64,000 nucleotides of DNA from an uncultured bacterium (GTDB lineage: Bacteria > Verrucomicrobiota > Verrucomicrobiia > Limisphaerales > UBA8199), in contig CAVVMW010000018.1 of NCBI GenBank assembly GCA_963749495.1, forward strand, positions 96,001 through 160,000, in the 5' to 3' direction. Shown one piece after another: positions 56,721-64,000 of the stretch. Numbering within the stretch: the first letter of the stretch is position 1; every line of letters starts with the position of its first letter. Position numbers and translations under genes: made by a program. The notes under the pieces were generated by a model. It was not told the DNA's origin. It worked only from the letters and a program-made list of their open reading frames with translations, and did not search any database.

Positions 56721-57766
56721 TCATTTTTCTGCCAGTTCAGGCAGGGCTGCCCTCGAATCGAGCCGCCGCTCGACGGCCGCCAGGACCGCGCCCGGTGAGA
56801 GCAGCCGGAGGCACTCGAGGGGCCTGGAATGAGCGCAGCGGGATTTCAGGCAGGGGGCGCACGGCAGAGCGGCCTGGAGGACGTGGTCGAGTTGGCCGTA
56901 AGGGCCGGTGCGCCGCGGTTCGGTGGGGCCAAACAGCCCGACGACCGGTTTGCCCAGCGCCGCCGCCACATGCATCGGGCCGGTATCGTTGGTCACCATC
57001 GCCGCCCCCAGGCGAATCCACTCGACCATCTCCGGCAACGAAAGCTGGCCGGTCAGATCCAGCGAGCGTTCCGGCGCCACACTCGCGATCGTCCCGCCCA
57101 GCGGGCGGTCTTCGGGCCCGCCCAGGATGGCGAACCGCAAGTCCTTGCGCCGGACCGCAGCCTGCCGCACCAATTCCGCGAAGCCCTCGACGGGCCAGCG
57201 CTTGTTGGACCAGCGCGCCCCCGGCTGCAGGATGAGCCAGGGCCCGGCTCGACCGGCCATTTCCGGCGCAGGCCCTCAGCCACGCCCGGCCGGTCCGGCA
57301 GCCACTGGAAATGGCCGGGCGGCGGCACCCCCGCCAGCGGCAGCACGCTCAAATACCAATCCACCGCGTGAGTGTGAAAGGACGGGCGCGGGGCGATAAC
57401 ATCGTAGAACCCGCGCGCGCCTTCGCGGGGCTCGTCCAGGCCGAGGGTCAATTGGCCCTTGGCCAGCCAGGCGAAGATGCCGCTGCGGATGAGGCACTGC
57501 AGGTCGATGACCAGGTCGAAGCGCTGTTGCCGGAGCCAGCGCACTGTGCGCCAGAGCCCGGCCCAGTTGGACGGCCTGGCCCAGCGCCGCCGCTCGAAAG
57601 GGATTATGCCTGCCAGGTCGGGGTCGCCCTCCAGCAACGGCGCCAGGTGGCTGTCGATCCACCAATACACCTGGCTGCGCGGGCGGTGCCCCTTGATGGC
57701 GCGCAACACCGGCAGGGCCTGCACCACGTCCCCGAGGGAGCTGGGCTTGAGGATGAGGATCTTCAC
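56721..57766 (-). CDS. GT9 lipopolysaccharide heptosyltransferase (WaaC/WaaF-like); frameshift near 57260
   Basis: KILILKPSSLGDVV, FDLVIDLQ, PGARWSNKRWP, TNDTGPMHVAAA, LFGPT. Confidence 0.9.
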
Positions 57767-58485
57767 CGGCCGAAGGCCAGCCGCTCCGCCAGGCGCGGGG
57801 GCAGGCCCGCGTCCAGGATCTTCTTCTGCGCCGCCGGGATGTCATACTCCACCCGCCGCAGCTCGATGGTGCCCTCGTCCGCATCATAAACCACGTAGGC
57901 CGCCTTGGGGTTGTTGTCGCGCGGTTGGCCGATGGCGCCGACGTTGATGAAGTACTTCTTGCCCGGCTCGGCCTTGAACTTGGAATAGGTGCCGCCTCGC
58001 ACCATGCTGTCGCGGATGAAGGCGACCGGGACGTGGGTGTGACCGAAGAAGCAAAGGGCGGTGTTCTGGTAGGTGAAACTGGCGGCGGCGGCCAGCTTGT
58101 CAAAGACATACCCCCAGCGTTGGGGGCCGTCGAGGGTGGCGTGAACGAGAGTGAAATTAGTGAGGATGCGCCAGTATTTGAGGTCGCGCAGCCACTGCTT
58201 GTCGTCTTCGGACAACTGCTTGCGGGTCCACCGGACGGCCTCCGCTGCCGCCGGGTTGAACCCGTCCAGCGGGCCCTCGCTCGAGCAATACTCGTCGTGA
58301 TTGCCTTTGACGCACGGGATATTCATGCGCCGAACGATCTCCAGGCACTCCTTGGGGTTGGCGTTGTAGCCCACCACGTCGCCCAGGCAGGCGTAATGCG
58401 TGCATCGCTGCTGCTTGATGTCTTCCAGGACAACTCGAAACGCCTCCAGATTGGAGTGGATGTCCGCTATGATAGCAAACTTCAT
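57763..58485 (-). CDS. Calcineurin-like metallophosphoesterase
   Basis: DIHSN, LGDVVGY, GNHD, GHTH, NVGAIGQPRD. Confidence 0.92.
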   Translation of the reverse strand: MKFAIIADIHSNLEAFRVVLEDIKQQRCTHYACLGDVVGYNANPKECLEIVRRMNIPCVKGNHDEYCSSEGPLDGFNPAAAEAVRWTRKQLSEDDKQWLRDLKYWRILTNFTLVHATLDGPQRWGYVFDKLAAAASFTYQNTALCFFGHTHVPVAFIRDSMVRGGTYSKFKAEPGKKYFINVGAIGQPRDNNPKAAYVVYDADEGTIELRRVEYDIPAAQKKILDAGLPPRLAERLAFGR

Positions 58486-58489
58486 TGAT

Positions 58490-58768
58490 CTACCTTACTA
58501 TTTCAAACCCGCGAAAGTCGTTCCTGGCTTCGTTCCAACTCGCTTCTTCTTTCTGAATGAAATGCCGCAAGCCCGACTCCAGGATGGCCTGCCGGAAGGC
58601 CTCCAACTCGTCCTGGGCGCCTTCGGCGATCAGTTCCACCCGGCCGTCGGGCAGGTTTCGCACCGTCCCAGTCACTTCAAACCCGGTGGCCGCCCGCAGG
58701 ACCGTGTATCGAAACCCAACACCCTGAACGCTGCCCGAATAAACGACCTTGACTCGCTTGCGGTTCAC
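58490..58768 (-). CDS. acyP: Acylphosphatase
   Basis: [21 protein letters not shown]. Confidence 0.92.
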   Translation of the reverse strand: MNRKRVKVVYSGSVQGVGFRYTVLRAATGFEVTGTVRNLPDGRVELIAEGAQDELEAFRQAILESGLRHFIQKEEASWNEARNDFRGFEIVR

Positions 58769-58825
58769 AACATGCCGCTACACCATGCGCTACATTGCCC
58801 CGGCTTCCAAGCGCAAAATTGGTTG

Positions 58826-60345
<1,520 letters not shown>

Positions 60346-60365
<20 letters not shown>

Positions 60366-60981
60366 GCAGCCAGGTCTGGATGAGTTTTCCGCGTTTGACC
60401 GGCGCGGCGTCCGGGCGCGCGGGCGGGTTCGGGTCTGCCCGCCGTTGCTCGCGCAGGTCCTTGCGGCGCAGCCGCCAGGTGCCCAGGAGGGTATAGAAGG
60501 CGACCGCCGCGGCGTAAGCGACTATCCCCAGGCCGATGGCCAGAACCTCCGGGTCCCGTTCCCAAGTGAAATAGATCACCGCCGCCCCCACGCCCGCCGT
60601 CAGGACGGTCTGTCCGAAGAGGCAGAACAGGTAAAGGGTGATGCGGGTCTCCTGGATGCGCTCGATGTGCCACTCCCGGTAGAGGTGCTCGCCCAGCGAG
60701 CGCATGAGCCAGGCCGATTGGAAGTTGCGCGCCGCCACCAGGACGCTGGTCGTGCTGATGACGATCGCCGGCAACGGCCAGAAGGCGAGGCCAAAACAGA
60801 GCGCCAGGTTGATGGCGATGCCCCACCGCCACCCCAGTTTCTTGGCTATCGGGTTGCCCTCCAGGAGCATGTTGGGCGTGGCTATCCACGTGCTCAGAAA
60901 ATCCATGCCTCGTGAAACCAGCAACAACAGGAAGATCACCCCGTAGGTCCGCGTGCCGAATTGGACAGAGTCCTCGCTCAT
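60346..60981 (-). CDS. Hypothetical membrane protein
   Basis: Several TM helices, DFLSTW...EGNP motif, ATGA overlap with hisI. Confidence 0.75.
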
Positions 60982-61367
60982 TTCTTGCCGTAAATCCGGC
61001 TGGGCTCCGCCAGCCGCGGTTCGGTAATCTTCACCGAGGCCCCGCCCTCCTGCACCGAGCGGAAAAAGCACGATTGGTATCCTTCGTGGCAGGCGGCGCC
61101 CACTTGCTCGACCTGGATCAGCAGCGTGTCCCCGTCGCAATCCAAGGCGATGCCCTTCACCGCCTGGGTGTGCCCGCTGGTTTCGCCCTTCATCCAGAAT
61201 TTCTGGCGCGAACGGCTCCAAAAATGGGTCTTGCCGGTCTCGATCGTCGTCTGGAGCGAGGCGCGATTCATCCAGGCCATCATCAGCACCCGGCCGGTCT
61301 TCTGTTCCTGGATAATGGCGGGAATCAGCCCGTGGGCATCGAACTTGAGTTGGTCCAAAAAGCTCAT
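60978..61367 (-). CDS. hisI: Phosphoribosyl-AMP cyclohydrolase
   Basis: [33 protein letters not shown]. Confidence 0.96.
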   Translation of the reverse strand: MSFLDQLKFDAHGLIPAIIQEQKTGRVLMMAWMNRASLQTTIETGKTHFWSRSRQKFWMKGETSGHTQAVKGIALDCDGDTLLIQVEQVGAACHEGYQSCFFRSVQEGGASVKITEPRLAEPSRIYGKK

Positions 61368-61536
61368 CAATGTCTTGCCAGTTGCCTAAGCTAAGCACTC
61401 TCAAGCCCGGTTTGCAACCAAAGCCGGAAAAGAAAGGCAGAAAAACAGGAGACGAGGGGATTGGGCTCTCCGTGTTCCCGCGTCTCCGTGGCCCCCGAGA
61501 GAGCGTCTAAATCGAACCACCCAACCTCGGCACAAC

Positions 61537-61611
61537 CTTTGTCGCGGCCTTTGTCGGGTCCTTTGTCGAGAAATGGGGCCTTCGACAAAGGCCGCGACAA
61601 ATGCCGCGACA
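61537..61611. repeat. 12-bp inverted short-repeat array
   Basis: (CCTTTGTCG...)x3 facing (CGACAAA...)x3. Confidence 0.7.
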
Positions 61612-61656
61612 GAGGTCCAAAACTGGCATGGGTGTGCCAATGTTGGTTGTTCCGAT

Positions 61657-62517
61657 CTAGTTCGGCCGCTTGGCGGGCGGGACATAATCCTTGTGCCAGT
61701 ACAACGTCCAGAGGCGTTCGAGCAGGACCGGTTCGGCGTGGCCATCGGCAAAGTGGATGATGACGGAGCCGGGCAGCGGGGATGCGGGCGGCATGTTGCG
61801 AGGGGCCCGTGAGGGGTCCATTTTGCCATGGCGGGCGATGGTCAGGCGCTGCATGCCGTCCGAATCAGCACCCGCGTAGAGGTTGCGGGCCGGCGCGTCC
61901 TGCGCCAGCGGCCAGGTATCCACCCAGACTGAATCGATGAAGACCGGGGTCATGGCGGGCCGGACAATGGCGCTCTCGGCCCCGAATTCCTTGTCGGCGT
62001 CTGAAATGCCACGATAGAACCAGCCGTTGAGAGCATAACTGCCCTGGTAATTGGTCGTGCCATAGATCCACTGCCAGGCCTGGTCGGCCATGCCGAATCC
62101 GTTGAGCGCCGTGTTGCGCTGCACCCAGGGGTGTTGCTCCGGGGCGACCGGGCAGACCCGCACCTTGTTCACGAAGGCGTACCCGTTGATGAGTTTTTTC
62201 ATCCACAAATCGTAGGTCTCCCCCGGCGATTGATAGGGCATGCTCTTGCCGCTGTCGTTGATGTACATGAAATGCGCCAGCCCGATCTGCTTGATATTGT
62301 TGACGCACTCGATCCCGCGCGCCTTGGACTTGGTGCGGGAGAGGACCGGCAGCAGCAAGGCCGCCAGGATGGCGATGATGGCGATCACCACCAGCAGCTC
62401 GATCAGCGTGAAGCCGGGCCCTCTCGGACGTGAAAACAGGCCCGCGACCCTGCGCCCAAAGCCGAACTTGCCCGCGCGCCTGGCAACCCCACACCTGGCT
62501 TTTGCACGTGCGATCAT
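61657..62517 (-). CDS. Prepilin-type N-terminal cleavage/methylation protein with H-X-DG C-terminus
   Basis: [26 protein letters not shown]...FADGHAE. Confidence 0.9.
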   Translation of the reverse strand: MIARAKARCGVARRAGKFGFGRRVAGLFSRPRGPGFTLIELLVVIAIIAILAALLLPVLSRTKSKARGIECVNNIKQIGLAHFMYINDSGKSMPYQSPGETYDLWMKKLINGYAFVNKVRVCPVAPEQHPWVQRNTALNGFGMADQAWQWIYGTTNYQGSYALNGWFYRGISDADKEFGAESAIVRPAMTPVFIDSVWVDTWPLAQDAPARNLYAGADSDGMQRLTIARHGKMDPSRAPRNMPPASPLPGSVIIHFADGHAEPVLLERLWTLYWHKDYVPPAKRPN

Positions 62518-62900
62518 GGCCGGAGAATAGGCCACCGTTCCCGGTTTGTCGAGCCCCGTAAGCGGTCCCAAATCCTCGGCTGAGCAATTCTTATGAAACG
62601 GAATACGCGGTTTCTATCTTTGCCCGATTGGCACGAGATTTGAGGTGCCTTAAAGGGGTCAAGTAAAGGCGTCATAAAGTCAGTCAACGAGAATATACTA
62701 TTCTGATCAAAAGGCTAAAATCACAATCTCATTGACCCCTTTCCGCTGTTGATCTCGAGGTTCATCCACAAATCCTTCTGAGGCGTCAAATAAACCTTGC
62801 GATCCGCAGAGGGAGGTGTAAAATATCCTTAATCCAGATAAGCTAACATGACTTCTTCTGAATCATAATTCGTCAAATCACCCTGAAATGGAGGATAACT

Positions 62901-64000
62901 ATGACTACTTCAATTAAAATCTTGAACACGTTCACGAAGAGGGGGGCTGTGGGGGTACTGGCTCTGGCCCTGACTTCGGTAGTGCTCCCCTCGTGGGCCG
63001 CCCAGGACGACTGGTGGATGTTTCACCACGACCGACAACACACGGGGCGCAGCCCGTTCGTGGGTCCCAGCGTCGCGAACCTGAAGTGGGTCTTCACAAT
63101 AGGTACGGACGTATACTCTTCCCCCGCGATCGGGGTGGACCGGACCGTTTATGTCGGGTCGTATGATGGTAATCTGTATGCGATCAACCCCGACGGGACG
63201 CAGAAGTGGGCCTTTCCAACAGGTTTCGGTGTAAACTCTTCCCCGGCGATCGGGGCGGACGGGACCGTTTATGTCGGGTCGGGTTATTATGACGGTAAAT
63301 TATATGCGATCAAGCCCGACGGGACGCAGAAGTGGGCCTCCCCAACAGGTTGGAATCCAGTCTCTTCCCCGGCCATCGGGGTGGACGGGACGGTTTATAT
63401 CGGGTGTCGGGATGGTAATCTGTATGCGATCAACCCGGACGGGACGCAGCAGTGGGCCTTCCCAACAGGTGATTGGGTATGGTCTTCCCCAGCGATCGGG
63501 GCGGACGGGACGGTTTATGTGGGGTCGTGGGATGGCAATCTGTATGCGATCAACCCGGACGGGACGCAGCAGTGGGCCTTCACAACAGGTGATTGGGTAG
63601 GCTCTTCCCCGGCGATCGGGGCGGACGGGACGGTTTATGTCGGGTCGTGCGATGGAAATCTGTATGCGATCAACCCGGACGGGACGCAGAAGTGGGCCTT
63701 TCCAACACCTAGTCAAGTCTGGTCTTCCCCAGCGATCGGGGCGGACGGGACGGTTTATTTCGGATCCGGTGGGCCTGAGAATAAATTCTATGCGATCAAC
63801 CCGGACGGGACGCAGAAGTGGGCCTTCCGAACTGATAGTGCGACATTCATTTCCCCGGCGATCGGGGCCGACGGGACCGTTTATGTCGGGTCGTCAATTG
63901 GTACACTGTATGCGATTAACCCGGAGGGGACGCAGAAGTGGGCCTTCACAATAGAGGGGGGGGGTTACCTTGAATCCTCCCCGGCGATCGGGGCGGACGG
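62901..64000 (+). CDS. Secreted PQQ-like (BamB-type) beta-propeller repeat protein, runs off the window (absent from the ORF track)
   Basis: GGAGG RBS; MTTSIK...signal peptide; WWMFHHDRQHTGRS; ~8 repeats SSPAIGADGTVYVGS.DGNLYAINPDGTQKWAF. Confidence 0.9.
   Translation, partial: MTTSIKILNTFTKRGAVGVLALALTSVVLPSWAAQDDWWMFHHDRQHTGRSPFVGPSVANLKWVFTIGTDVYSSPAIGVDRTVYVGSYDGNLYAINPDGTQKWAFPTGFGVNSSPAIGADGTVYVGSGYYDGKLYAIKPDGTQKWASPTGWNPVSSPAIGVDGTVYIGCRDGNLYAINPDGTQQWAFPTGDWVWSSPAIGADGTVYVGSWDGNLYAINPDGTQQWAFTTGDWVGSSPAIGADGTVYVGSCDGNLYAINPDGTQKWAFPTPSQVWSSPAIGADGTVYFGSGGPENKFYAINPDGTQKWAFRTDSATFISPAIGADGTVYVGSSIGTLYAINPEGTQKWAFTIEGGGYLESSPAIGAD

Noticed and set aside
63080..64000. Diversity-generating retroelement behind the propeller or TPR repeats
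   Set aside because: No reverse transcriptase in the window, no non-coding template repeat, and differences are not limited to adenines.

Overview
High-GC bacterial chromosome segment, most likely Verrucomicrobiota (Pedosphaera/Limisphaera-like). This is inferred from PEP-CTERM and VPDSG-CTERM proteins, '[24 protein letters not shown]' prepilin-type proteins and long ECF sigma factors. Housekeeping genes (rpoD, htpX, C-terminal protease, DEAD-box helicase, sufBC, heptosyltransferase, acylphosphatase, trpE, hisI) alternate with secreted/surface proteins and very dense intergenic palindromic repeats. Many genes are split by a single base, probably long-read indel errors. Most notable: (1) a tightly coupled, lower-GC four-gene operon NurA-like nuclease / HerA ATPase / GHKL (Hsp90/MORC-like) ATPase / B12-binding-type radical SAM (35.2-41.1 kb), a candidate defence or DNA-modification system, next to remnants of a second HerA module; (2) four direct copies of a ~50-bp site that delimit gene cassettes (46.9-52.1 kb), one of which holds a precisely inserted ORF-less group II intron; (3) a ~270-bp MITE with 9-bp target duplications and an empty paralogous site in the window; (4) a shuffled prepilin/lipoprotein array; (5) an IS4 element inserted in a REP-like hairpin, with a possible +1 recoded C-terminus. 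All calls are by eye, with no database searches.
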